A stretch of DNA of 64,000 nucleotides, taken from Macrostomum lignano. Taxonomy: Eukaryota. Shown one piece after another: positions 1 to 20,133 of this stretch. The stretch's first letter is position 1. Every line of letters begins with the position of its first letter. The notes beneath the pieces are model-generated. The model was not told the origin of the DNA. It made no database searches and saw only the letters and a list, made by a program, of their open reading frames with translations. The position numbers and the translations under genes are program-made. The stretch is from the NCBI GenBank assembly GCA_002269645.1, contig NIVC01001727.1, positions 1 to 64,000 of the forward strand, written 5' to 3'.

Positions 1-8251
<8,251 letters not shown>

Positions 8252-8494
8252 GTTGCTCGAGTCGAAATCGTACGCGTGATTATTTTGATGCAGGTAGGGG
8301 GCCCGACGGACGGTGTTGGCGGCGGAGCCGTTGCTTTTGCTGGCGCTGGCGCCGCTGCTGCCGCCAACACAGCCGACGGCGCTGTTGCATCGAAGACTTG
8401 GTACAGACAGAAAACCGAGATCTGCCGTGTTAAGTGCTTGCGAGGCATCTTGAACCGGGCATTTTTTATTTGAAAGCGTTCCGGCCTAGGCTTC

Positions 8495-8910
8495 TATGTA
8501 CATTGTGAAGTGAGGAAGGAACTCTAGGGGTGTTGGGCAGGGATGAATGTACATTGTGGACTAGGGGTGCTGGGCGGGGCTGAGTGTACATTGTGGACTA
8601 GGGGTGCTGGGCGGGGCTGAATGTACATTGTGGATTAGGGGTGCTGGGCGGGGCTGAATGTACATTGTGGACTAGGGGTGCTGGGCGGGGCTGGATGTAC
8701 ATTCTGGACTGAAGGTGCTGGGCGGGGCTGAATGTACATTGTGGACTAGGGTGCTGTGCGGGGCTGAATGTACATTGTGGACTAGGGGTGCTGGGCGGGG
8801 CTGAATGTACATTGTGGACTAGGGGTGCTGGGCGGGGCTGAATGTACATTCTGGACTGGGGGTGCTGGGCGGGGCTGAATGTACATTCTGGACAAGGGGT
8901 GCTGGACGGG
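8495..8910. repeat. 37 bp G-rich minisatellite GAATGTACATTGTGGACTAGGGGTGCTGGGCGGGGCT, about 11 copies
   Basis: Read directly. Confidence 0.95.
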
Positions 8911-9289
8911 ACTGCTCCGTGTGAAAATTATAGATAATATTGGTGTTAAACACCTAACTTACTTTAAAACAAGAAAGCAAGCCTGAATTATTAGCGTAAG
9001 CGCAAAAGGATTAAGTATATTGTTTTATTAATTATTCGACTGCAATACTAAGATCCCAAGCTTTTAGCTGGATAAGAGATTAACGCATGGCTTACAGTAT
9101 AAAGAGTTCGCTTGAAAATAGTACTGACTCTGTACACAACATCAACGAAAAAATTACCGATTTTACGTACTTGCGTATAACAGCTTTACGCAACAAAAAA
9201 ACAGATTGTAACAAAGCTAGAAAAATTACTTTTTATAGCCGGAAAATTTGCTTTCTGCTTTCTTCGTCTACGCCGAGCTGAAATAGGTT

Positions 9290-9908
9290 TCACAGGGAGC
9301 TAGTGTACATGGAGGGGTGGGGTAGGGGTTGACAGGGAGCTATTGTACATGGAGGGGTGGGGTAGGGTTGACAGGGAGCTAGTGTACATGGAGGGGTGGG
9401 GTAGGGGTTGACAGGGAGCTATTGTACATGGAGGGGTGGGGTAGGGGTTGACAGGGAGCTAGTGTACATGGAGGGTGGGGTAGGGGTTGACAGGGAGCTA
9501 GTGTACATGGAGGGGTGGGGTAGGGGTTGACAGGGAGCTATTGTACATGGAGGGGTGGGGTAGGGGTTGACAGGGAGCTAGTGTACATGGAGGGGTGGGG
9601 TAGGGGTTGACAGGGAGCTAGTGTACATGGAGGGGTGGGGTAGGGGTTGACAGGGAGCTAGTGTACATGGAGGGGTGGGGTAGGGGTTGACAGGGAGCTA
9701 GTGTACATGGAGGGGTGGGGTAGGGGTTGACAGGGAGCTAGTGTACATGGAGGGTGGGGTAGGGGTTGAAAGAGAGCTAGTGTACATGGAGGGTGGGGTA
9801 GGGGTTGAAAGAGAGCTAGTGTACATGGAGGGTGGGGTAGGGGTTGAAAGGGAGCTAGTGTACATGGAGGGGTGGGGTAGGGGTTGACAGGGAGCTAGTG
9901 TACATGGA
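9290..9908. repeat. 40 bp G-rich minisatellite ACAGGGAGCTAGTGTACATGGAGGGGTGGGGTAGGGGTTG, about 15 copies
   Basis: Read directly; four G-runs of 3 or more per unit. Confidence 0.95.
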
Positions 9909-10742
9909 AGTGTGAAGTAGTGTTGGCATACCCACCCTAAATCCATATACTAAAATCTAAACTAAAGTTTATCACACGATAGAGTAAACACTTTACAGAG
10001 CGCAGTTAAGCAGAAAATACAAAAACTAAAATAATCGCAAATAAAATCAACCACTAAGCGAGAAGTAGTAACTAGTAACTCAGGAATAGTGCGCATCATT
10101 CAACCAGTTCAAAGGTCATGGTTACAATTGCCAAAATTTGAAGAAAAAAAAACATAAGATTGTGACGAATTCTAAAAAAAACTAAATAATTCTAGATCAA
10201 AATTAATTGAGGACAAACTGCAAAAATCCGATGTGGAAATGTTACACATTACAAAAGAGAAGTATCTCAATAGTGAAACGAATTGCATATAGGATTTATA
10301 TTCCACCATATTTAATAGTATAGTTTAACGGTTTAGGCAAATTATGTAAACAAACAAACAAAAGTTCAAAAGGAAATATAATGGGAATATGTATCACCGT
10401 ATCTATCAATTCAGACTTTTATTTACATTTACAATAGGAAATAAATGTTTGTAAAATTAAACAAAAAACTAAAGTTTCGATTCAATGTGCGAACAGCCTG
10501 CTATAAGTAGTCAGTTTAAAATCTGGATGTTTTCTTTTATAAAATTGATCAATTGTGATTTATTCTACTCGCGCATTCAAATAAAAACTTTAACAAACTA
10601 ACGGTGCGGTAAGGTGTGTTGCGTTAACCAGAGAATATTTATTTGTGAAGAGGTGCAAGGAAAAAAAACTGAATCAATTCAAGCAGTCTGAAGCTTTATA
10701 TTTCATTTCGTTCCAAGAACCAAGACAGTTTTGTGCCTACAA

Positions 10743-12269
10743 TTAATGCGCACAAACTCGTTTTCCAGGAAATCCATTGCCATTTTTCAGCAGGCCCTTC
10801 TTAGCATCATTATCCGAGCCTTTAGCGCTCAGACTGACAACCCGGTCCAGCTGGGAGTCCAGCACAGAAAAGGCGATTCCCAGTTGAGCGCCATAGTAAG
10901 TAGACATAATGACGGCATTGGCATGCGGCAGCGGCGTTACAAACTTATTCACGGCGATGCAGAAGTCGCTGACGACGAACAGGGCAGCTCCGACCGCGCC
11001 AGCGAGGCTGGTGCAGCCGCCAAGAGACTTCTCGAATCGGACTCGAGCAACGGCCCGCCAGAACATGACGAATATTAAAGCGGTGTAAACCAGACCCACG
11101 TAGCGCATCAGGACCGAGTTGGCCCGAGGAAACACAGACAGGTAGGCGGCCACGGCAACCAGGCTGGCTGACAGGCCGACTCGGGGGCGCAGCGGCGACA
11201 TGCCGAAGGCCCAGGCGTACGCCACCTAAGCATGACATGGAAGAGTGCTGGCGATGCTAATGATGTCATGGAAGAATGTGCTGGCGATGCTAATAGTGTC
11301 ATGGAAGAGTGTGCTGGCGATGCTAATGGTGTCATGGAAGAATGTGCTGGCGAAGCTAATGATGTCATGGAAGAATGTGCTGGCGATGCTAATGGTGTCA
11401 TGGAAGAATGTGCTGGCGAAGCTAATGATGTTATGGAAGAATGTGCTGGCGATGCTAATGGTGTCATGGAAGAGTGTGCTGACGATGCTAATGGTGTCAT
11501 GGAAGAATGTGCTGGCGAAGCTAATGATGTCATGGAAGAATGTGCTGGCGATGCTAATGGTGTCATGGAAGAATGTGCTGGCGATGCTAATGGTGTCATG
11601 GAAGAATGTGCTGGGCATGCTAATGGTGTCATGGAAGAATGTGCTGGCGATGCTAATGATGTCATGGAAGAATGTGCTGGCGATGCTAATGATGCCATGG
11701 AAGAATGTGCTGGCGATGCTAATGGTGTCATGGAAGGATGTGCTGGCGATGCTAATGGTGTCATGGAAGAATGTGCTGGAGATGCTAATGGTGTCATGGA
11801 AGAATGTGCTGGCGATGCTAATGGTGTCATGGAAGAATGTGCTGGCGATGCTAATGGTGTCATGGAAGAGTGTGCTGGCGATGCTAATGGTGTCATGGAA
11901 GAATGTGGTAAGCTTTGTTATGCTAATGATGTGGCATAGGGAAATTTGGTATGCTAAGAAGCAGCATAAAGACAGCAAACTTACCTGAGCAACAGCAAAC
12001 AGGCACATGCCAAACAGAAAGAATCCGTCAAACACGAGAGCGATATCGCCAAGCAGCGAGAAGCACAAGCCAATTAGAATTCGCCTGTTATAAGCATAGG
12101 CATCGCTCAGGCTCAGGCCGTGGCTGATCACAAAGCCAATCAGACAGCAGATTGGAATGCATTTGAACAGCAGGTAGAGCAGATGGCCCGGCGACTTTTC
12201 GGGGAACAGGATGAAGAAAATGGCCGCCGATTTCAGGAATGGCACTAGACGGGGTCCGGCACTTTTTAA
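10743..12269 (-). CDS. TMEM86A: Lysoplasmalogenase TMEM86 (YhhN family); exons 11985-12269 and 10743-11225; short first coding exon not located
   Basis: LKSAGPRLVPFLKSAAIFFIL...KCIPI...GLCFSLLGD...GAALFVVSDFCIAVNKF...IMSTYYGAQ resembles human TMEM86A (KSEGPKLVPFFK, KCLPI, GALFFIISDLTIALNKF, IMSTYYVAQ); junction CAG|GTAAGT ... cttag|GTG in phase 0. Confidence 0.9.
11229..11910. repeat. 33 bp minisatellite GAATGTGCTGGCGATGCTAATGGTGTCATGGAA, about 20 copies
   Basis: Fills most of TMEM86 intron 11226-11984 and explains the long spurious ORFs there. Confidence 0.95.
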
Positions 12270-12694
12270 CTACAATAATAATAAATTAACGATAAGTAAG
12301 TAATTTAAATTATAAATTGTTTGTTACATTTAGCACCAAAGCACTTGACTACTAGGACAAGCACTTGACAGAAAGCAAAAATTGAAAATTAATATTACCT
12401 ACAATAATAAAAACCAAATTAAAAGCCTATAGGTGCCTCAACAAAAGTTCTTTAAACTTGCAATTTATTTACCTACCTCTTATACACTATTATCATTTTA
12501 TTCATAATCAGTGCTATAAGGCAAAGTAACTTGTATAAAATTATTAGAAATATTTATAAATATAGAATTGAAGTGAGAGGAAAGAGAATAAAGAAGAGAA
12601 AAGAAGGAAAAAAATAAAAGATAAGAAGGGAGGGAATGGGTAGGCAGAACAAAGTCAAAAACATACATGCACAACTTTAGGAATCACCCAGTGG

Positions 12695-12799
12695 TTTTTA
12701 TTGGCAACACACACACATGTAAGTCGCTATTGGCTAAGAGCAGTCATGTGACTACTATTTTATCCAATAGTGACATCATGTGTGTGTTGCCAATAGAAA
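12695..12799. repeat. About 105 bp near-complete palindrome (mini-MITE or hairpin)
   Basis: TATTGGCAACACACACACATG / CATGTGTGTGTTGCCAATA; GTCGCTATTGG / CCAATAGTGAC; AGTCA-TG-TGACT at the centre. Confidence 0.8.
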
Positions 12800-14499
12800 T
12801 GACCCTGGTGAATCCCAAGGTTGCACCCAAGCACAAGCATGGTCAAAAAGGCAATCAAATTGATAGGCATTAAGTGCCATAGATACATTCTATACTAGGC
12901 CTTATCTATAGAATACTGTTCATATTTGCATTTTTACTCTATCTATGACATTCTTAGTAAATGTTGTTAGTTAATGGTATATGGCAACCATAAAAAAAGT
13001 TATCGTGATTTTTGAAAAATTGATATAGGATCTACAGATAATATGAGAAATTTTTTTTATGATAGAACTCTAATTAAAATGTCTTTTAGACATTTTTTAA
13101 AAAATTATATTCTACTTTAAATACTAATAATATATTTGTTTTTTTGAATTATAAAAATTGCTAAAACATGTTATATATAGAAAAATTATAAATTATTGAT
13201 CATAGGTCAATAAGTTATAATTATTATTGATTTTGATATTTGCAATTGTATAGGCCTCTTATACTTACAATTACAAAGATAGGCTTATTTATCATAAATC
13301 AAGATAACAATATAAAAGTAATTTAAAACTAGGCCTATATTTTATTAAATTTAAAAGCTATATTTTACCCCACACTTAAATACACAACTGCCATGTCTAT
13401 AATGTTAGAGCTTATAAATAAACATGGCAAGTGATAGCCATGTCTATAATAGGATATATCTTAAACTAAAGATAAAGCAGCCTATATAGTATTAATATCC
13501 ATGTTGTTATTATTGACTTAACACTTAGAGACAAAGAAAAAACTTAGACAAAAAGGTGGCAATGTTCCCAATATAGAATCTATTTAATACTAGAGATTAT
13601 GGCTATTTCTTTGTTACCAAAATATAAAGCCATGGTACATTGTATGCTTAATATTATAAACATGTAGATATATCTATAAGCTCCAAAACCCTACTTCCAA
13701 ATCTTACATATATGCCAAAAAATTCTAGCCATATACTAGCACAGTGGAGCATAAATTTATTATGATATAGTTGTTATAATATGCTAGGTATTATATGACA
13801 AGCATATTTTCAAGTCATTTATACAAAGGAATTTTCTAGCATATATATATAAGATTTAGGAGTGGGGCTCCAACATGATAGACATAACAGTATAATATAT
13901 TTAGTTTTTATAGTTGGGTCAAATAATTTTAATCTATACTCATTTCAACCATAATGCAATGCAATGCAATGGCTAGGTATCTACCTGCACTGACAACAAT
14001 ATTTCTAAATCAGTGATCTTTAAAAGCTAACCAAATTATGTCATTTATATTTTTATGTTAAAGGCTAGTTGGAATGAAATCAATTGATAGAGTTTTTGAA
14101 GCTCACCTTAGCAAATTCATATGTGGAGGTATTTTCTAAGGAACCAATTTGGAAACATCCTAAATGGCTATATTGGACACAATATTATTATTAATGCTAA
14201 AGACTGTTTTGTGAACTTTGTGACATTTGATAATAAAATGTCAAAATGTTTGATAATAAACCGATTTGGTGGCCAACCAAGGAAGTTGCAAAAATGCCCA
14301 CCCAAAAGAATACCCCAAGTAGTAGTACTAAGTAGCTGACGAGGCATTCTTGCTTAGTAAGACAGTTATAGTTACTCTTGCTGTTTACCCAAAGTTGCAA
14401 TTATTTTGCTTTAAGGTTTTTTTACATGTAAGTTGCATTTTTGGCCAAAAACTACGTTGCATTTTTGTTAAAACTAAGTTGTACAGCCAACTGAATTTT

Positions 14500-16640
14500 C
14501 AAGGTTGCGCATGTATGTGATTGGAAAATGATGCTATGTAGTCTTGCGGGATCTCTGCAGTCCAACCAAGCCAATAGATCTGCAATATAGCGCCCTCACC
14601 AAGCACCTTCAAAAGTATTTCAAACCAAAAAAGCCAGTAATTGCTAAATAGTTCAAGTTCTACAAGCAAACACAAAAGGACAAAGAGACAGCTGCTCAAT
14701 TTCTGGCTGCACTGTGGAATCTGGCTGATTTGTGCAAGTTTGGAGGGTTTCAAGAAGAAGCTCTCCGAGACTGTTTCATCTGCAGTCTTTGGGACTAGTG
14801 GACCTAGCAACAACTCTGATAGAGGAGAATCTCACATTGGATGCAGCCAAGAAAATTGCCCTTGCTATAGAGATTGCAAAGTTGGAAACTGAGCAATGGA
14901 AATTGAGCTCAAAGGTCAGCTCAGTCTAGCAGGTAGCACTAGACTCAAAGGCATACTATAGGTGTGGATTCAAAGGCCACCTGTTGATAGCCTACCACTT
15001 CAGGACTATAAAGTGCCACAACTGCGGGAAAGTTGGACACCTATAGAAAGTTTGTTGCTCAGCCAAGAAAGCCTCCAATATAATGAAAGCTGGATAGCCA
15101 AAGAACGGACCAGCACATGCAATGCAAATGGAAGAGAAAGCAGAAACAGGCTGGATTTTGCAAGTCACTGTATTGGCCAAGAAGATCAGTGTAAGCCTAC
15201 AGGTCAATGACCAGTCCCTCACCATGCAGCTAGACACTAGTGCCTGCATCAGCCTTGTACCAGAGTTGGTATGGAAGCAGCTCAGCCGACCTCCACTGAT
15301 ACCAACATGCCTGTGACTCTGGGCCTAGACAGGTGAGCCAATACAAGTCAAGAAAATAGCCAAGGTCATTCTAAACTATAACAGAAGACAGCATGATAAG
15401 CTGCTGCTAATGGTCACCAATCAGACCAGAGCCTACTTATTGCTAGGATGCAATTGGCTAGAAAAAGTGCAGCTCAACTGGACTTAGTTGTTTGCCAACC
15501 AGATCAGCTAGGCGTTGGTGCAGAATAGCAAGTCTCTTGACCAGATGCTAGAGAAGTTTGCTAATGTTTTCAATGAGAGCCTGGGGCAGTTGAAGGATCA
15601 GACAGTTGTACTGAGACTCAAAAGTGATGCATAGCCTTGATTCTACAAGGCCAGACCCGTACCATTCGCAGTGCGGGACAAGCTGGAGCTTGAGCTCTAG
15701 GACATGCTCAATAAAGGCATTATCTGCCCAGTGACCTATAGCGAATGGGCTACACTAGTGGTTCTGGTACTCAAGGCAGATGGCTTAGTTCGACTATGAG
15801 GCAACTATAAACTGACATTGAACCCTCAGCTCCACATTGACCAATACCCGCTGCCAATGCCTAAAGAGCTTTAGGAGCAGATGGGACAGGGTCAGCTGTT
15901 CTAAAAACTCAATCTATCACAATGTAATCTTCAGTTTCCACTTGACAAAGAGAGCTATAAGCTAATGACTATCAACATGTATAAAGGGCTTTTTGAATAT
16001 TTCCAGTTGCCATTTGGTGTCAGTTCAGTTCAGTTTGGATCATTAGTTGTTGATGACAATTTTTGGACCAAAGGTTAACATCTCCCTAACTGCAGCAGGG
16101 GGACTTCAGAGAAAGGCACTGTTACTATTAGGGTACAGCTACAGCATCTGGCTCCACAAGACTGCTCAGCATAGCAATGCAGATGGCCTGTCTTGCTTGC
16201 CCCTGCAGATGAAGGATGATAGCCTAGACAATGACAATCGGGTCTGTCAGCTAATGGGCAAGTTCCCTTTGATGGTAACAGATGTAGCGACAGCAACAAA
16301 GCGAGATGACAAGCTCCAATATGTTTTCCAGATAATAATGACTGGCTGGCCAGAGTCAGTTCCACCACAGCTCAAGCCCTACTTTTGTTGTTGACTAGAA
16401 CTAAGCATAGAAGATGGCTGTATGATCTGGGGAACTCGCATATTGGTTTTAGAAGCATTGCGACCTAGAGTTCTGCATGAGTTACATGTGGAACATTTCG
16501 GTAAGGCCTAGATGAAAAGTGTTGCCAGAACCTTTGTCTGGTGGCCAGGAATGAATGCTGTCATTAAGTTGGTTGCCAGTAGCTGCCAATACTACCAATC
16601 TGTTAAGCTAAATCCAATGCTAGCTCCACTGCACTCGCCA
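14500..16640 (+). mobile_element. Degenerate Ty3/Gypsy (K02A2.6-like) gag-pol remnant with internal deletion
   Basis: Gag (YFKPKKPVIAK*FKF, EALRDCFIC), zinc knuckles (YRCGFKGH, KCHNCGKVGH), protease LDTSA, RT N-half (FYKARPVPF, YSEWATLVV, DQYPLP, LPFGVSS), RNase H end (HSNADGLS), integrase Zn region (ELHVEHFG, ARTFVWWPG); many stops; no LTRs seen. Confidence 0.85.
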
Positions 16641-17419
16641 CCCGTGGGTAAAGCTGCAAAAACTATAAACCAATTCTAGGCGACGCCCTCCCTTCACTTT
16701 TGTCTCACAATCCCCCCAGTTAAATGGACATATGTTTTATATTGTAGGGTGATTGTAAGACAAAATTGAGCTCAGTTTCATCTTGCAATCACCTACATAA
16801 TTTCACCATTTAAATGATTATATGATGAAAGTGAATGTAAGCTATGCATTTCTATAAGATGCAAGATTTGATACTACAATAAAAATATGCTTATAAGTGG
16901 TCCTATTTTAAAGTTTGATTTTAAGAGCAGTTTTAACTATGGGGGTCTTCTATGGGGATTATATAACAAAAGTCCTGACTCCCATAGGCATAGGGATAGT
17001 GCTATGTGATTGTAAAATGAAAGAATGCCCTATAGCCTTTAAGCCTTATTTTAAAATATATCAAAATATTACTATGAGTATCATGTAGGTCTATTTCAAT
17101 AAAAATGATTTACCATAAAAAACTGAATTTATACTAATAATATGGCTATTGATAGCATTGTGCCAATCCGCAATCCCCAATGCATATATATAGTCAAAAC
17201 AACAAGAAAACTTACAGCGTTGCATATGTGAGTCATTTAATCTTTTTATTTTAGAACTTTCTGATGATATGAACAACGTAAACTGTTGAACTGCTAGGTG
17301 TACTAGGCTTAATTGTTAATTGTATTGTAACAACAATGTCAATGTTGGCCTTATTTTTTAATGTTAGTAATGAGAAATAAAAAGCCTCTATTCTCTTTGG
17401 ATGGGTTTACCTAAAACAA

Positions 17420-18230
17420 GGGCTGCGAAATAATATTTCGACTACGAAAAACTTATAATAGCCTAGCACCAAACAAACGTGCTGAACCTTATTTCCAGTC
17501 TATTATCTATGTGACAGTGTAAAGATAGTGACGCACGTACTTCTTTTAAGTCAGATGACTGACTTGACTTACGTTAGTTTCAAATATATTATGCTAAAAT
17601 TAAAAGCAACTTTACAAAAATATTTTTAAAAAAGTTAAAAACCTAATCGTTCGTATCACAAAACGCTTTTTACTAAATTTGTTTAATTTTGTTTAATTTT
17701 ATAAACTGCGTTTATTGTGGGTTAATTTTAATTTGTAGAAAAAAATGAACCGCTTTTCAGTTGTTTATTCATTTACTGTCTTTTAATTCCCTATTTAAAT
17801 CGTCGTTATTCGTAAAGTTCTTTCGAAGTTTTGTTTATGTTCGTTTTTCACGCTTTGATATATCACGCGCTTTCAAAAATACTACATCTTTTTTACAAAC
17901 TCGCTTACCAAAGTAATCTCGCAATTAAAGATATACCTCGTAATTTGTACTCATTTTTGTATTAATATTTATACTCGTTATTAGTTGTTAGTCGTCACTT
18001 TTCGTCCAAAAATACCGTAAAAATTCTGGCGCGCTTTCAAATACTTTATCTTCTACAATAACTCGGCAAATCGTCTTTATAAACTTCTATTTCGAAAATT
18101 TTTCCAAATACATAGCTCTATAATATATTGGCCAAACAGGCTAATTGCCTGAGCCAAATTCTCTTACTACTACTACCTGCGTGCGGCGCGCGCTATCCTT
18201 TCAAAAAGGTCTAATTCGTACAGTTCTGGT
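17420..18230. promoter_or_regulatory. CpG-retaining island, candidate shared promoter of TMEM86 (minus) and RSF1 (plus)
   Basis: Dozens of CG dinucleotides in AT-rich DNA flanked by almost CG-free DNA; lies between the divergent genes; minus-strand GTAAGT donor at 17567-17572. Confidence 0.45.
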
Positions 18231-18379
18231 TCCTTGCCTTGGACCCTTACTCTTGGCTTAACTTTTAGTTAGCGGCCTTGTTTGTATTAGGCCTGTAGCT
18301 GTAGATTTTGTTCTATACTGACTAGTTATATGCCTAACTGTATAACATGTTTAGAACTTAAATGTTTACTTCTTATTGG

Positions 18380-18878
18380 CACCTGGTAAAATGTGGAATC
18401 TGGAATGGTAAAATGCAGAATTACTGCAGATTCCACTAACTGTTATTAAAATGGAAATGCAGGGTAGTTGAAGTCAATTAGTCAACTATGAACTATATTA
18501 ATCTTTTAATAATAAAGCCTTCAAAATTTGACCAACTAGGCCTACAGAGAAAATTATGCCTATGGTAGGCCTAGGGCCTAATATTTTCAACATCTATCAG
18601 CCATATTAGGCCTATTTACGAGAGAACCTATATTTACTACTCTGAGTAGGCCTAATAGATGCTGCTATTTCTAGTTTAGTTTGCCCCAATATAGAATCAT
18701 ACTAATATTTCTTTATATAGGGCCTATCTTTTTTATATTACATGGTTACATTGCTATCCAAAAATTGTAGGACTAGCTTATATATTTTTTACTTCAAGTA
18801 AGGTCTAGTGGATTCTGCAGTTCATTCCACAATTTACCTTACCATCATTAGCATTGTAGATTTTGCATTTTACCAGTG
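18380..18878. mobile_element. Degenerate MITE-like inverted repeat
   Basis: CTGGTAAAATG...CTGCAGATTCCACTA at 18383-18438 mirrored at about 18805-18876. Confidence 0.35.
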
Positions 18879-19027
18879 TTGGGCACTTCCATTACCGAGT
18901 AACTTGCAAATGGTAACGCAAGTTACTTTTTCGTAAAGCATTCCTTACGCAAGTTACTTTTTTATTTTAGTAACGGAGTAACGGTAAGTTACTCAAATTT
19001 TGGAAGTCCGTTACAGTTACTTTGCAA

Positions 19028-19730
19028 GGTAAGGGGTAAAACACTACCCGAGGGGTGGGGTGGCGGGCTACCCGATGATTTTAGGTGTCTACCCGCTTCA
19101 AATTGTCCAGAAAATGCGCCTAACTTATGCAGCTTCTAGTGTGGATTTTTTTAGGTGAAAACTGAAAGATTATGATGAAATTCACGTTTATTTTTGTTGG
19201 TAGTGTTTTACTCCAAAAAGCTACCCAAAACTACCCGACCCCTACCCACGTCATTGAGAATTGAAAATCAATAGCTAAGCTTACTTTTATATCTTCTGCC
19301 ATAATGTATAATATCAAGTGGTTTTAACGTGTATGAGCAAAGTTAGGGTAATGGGTAATTTGTTTTACTGTATTTTACTTTCGAATTTTTTAATAGGCAT
19401 TTTCGTTTACGTTTGACTTAGTTATTGTGTAGCCCGTTAAGCTAGCGTAAGGTGCAAACTAATATTAAAGCATCGTTGTTTAGTTGATGCATAGTATAGA
19501 AAATGAATTACCTCTAATAGAGGCTCGGTATATTTTTGCCTCAATTCAAAGTGAATTTCACTGTAGAAGTTTTTTATGGTTAACATTAAATAAATTTAAT
19601 GTTTAAATTAATTAAATAATTATTTTCAATTACTCAATACTCAAATACTCAAATACTCAATTAAATACTTAAATTAAAATCATCGGGTAGCCTGTTACCC
19701 CATTTTTCGGGTAGTGTTTTACCCTTTACC
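19028..19730. mobile_element. Non-autonomous Mutator-like (MULE) element
   Basis: About 55 bp imperfect TIRs (GGTAAGGGGTAAAACACTACCCGA...GGCTACCCGATGATTTTA) and exact 9-bp TSD ACTTTGCAA at 19019-19027 and 19731-19739. Confidence 0.78.
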
Positions 19731-20133
19731 ACTTTGCAACAATTGCAATATCTCTAAATATAAAAATCAAAACTCTGTGTGTGTGTGTGTCTGTCTGTGT
19801 GTGGACAATTTTGATCGCTATGGACTCCCAAACCACTCAACCAAATGACACCAAATTTTACACCCACCCTAAACTCACTACGGAGAATGTCTTAGGCTAC
19901 CTTTAAATTTCCTAAATTTGAGTCTTCCTACCTCAAAGTGCAAAAAACTGCTCAAAATGCGCGATTTTTTTACTAAAGCCTCCTTAGCGCCGCTCCACTT
20001 CTACCGATCCTCTTCAAATTTGACACAATCAATTTTCAACTATTTTGACACAATCGTGTAAAATTTCGAGTCTCAAAGTTAATCCTGAACGGCGCTGTGC
20101 ACTTTTAAAGTTTGACTGTTTTTTTCAGCGAGA

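Noticed and set aside
11108-12245. Long ORFs of 235-339 aa on both strands
   Set aside because: Produced by a stop-free 33-bp repeat inside the TMEM86 intron; splicing around it gives a normal TMEM86.
18835-18856. Candidate TMEM86 first micro-exon ATG CTA ATG ATG|GTAAGG
   Set aside because: In phase, but it lies in a degenerate inverted-repeat arm and does not resemble the expected N-terminus.
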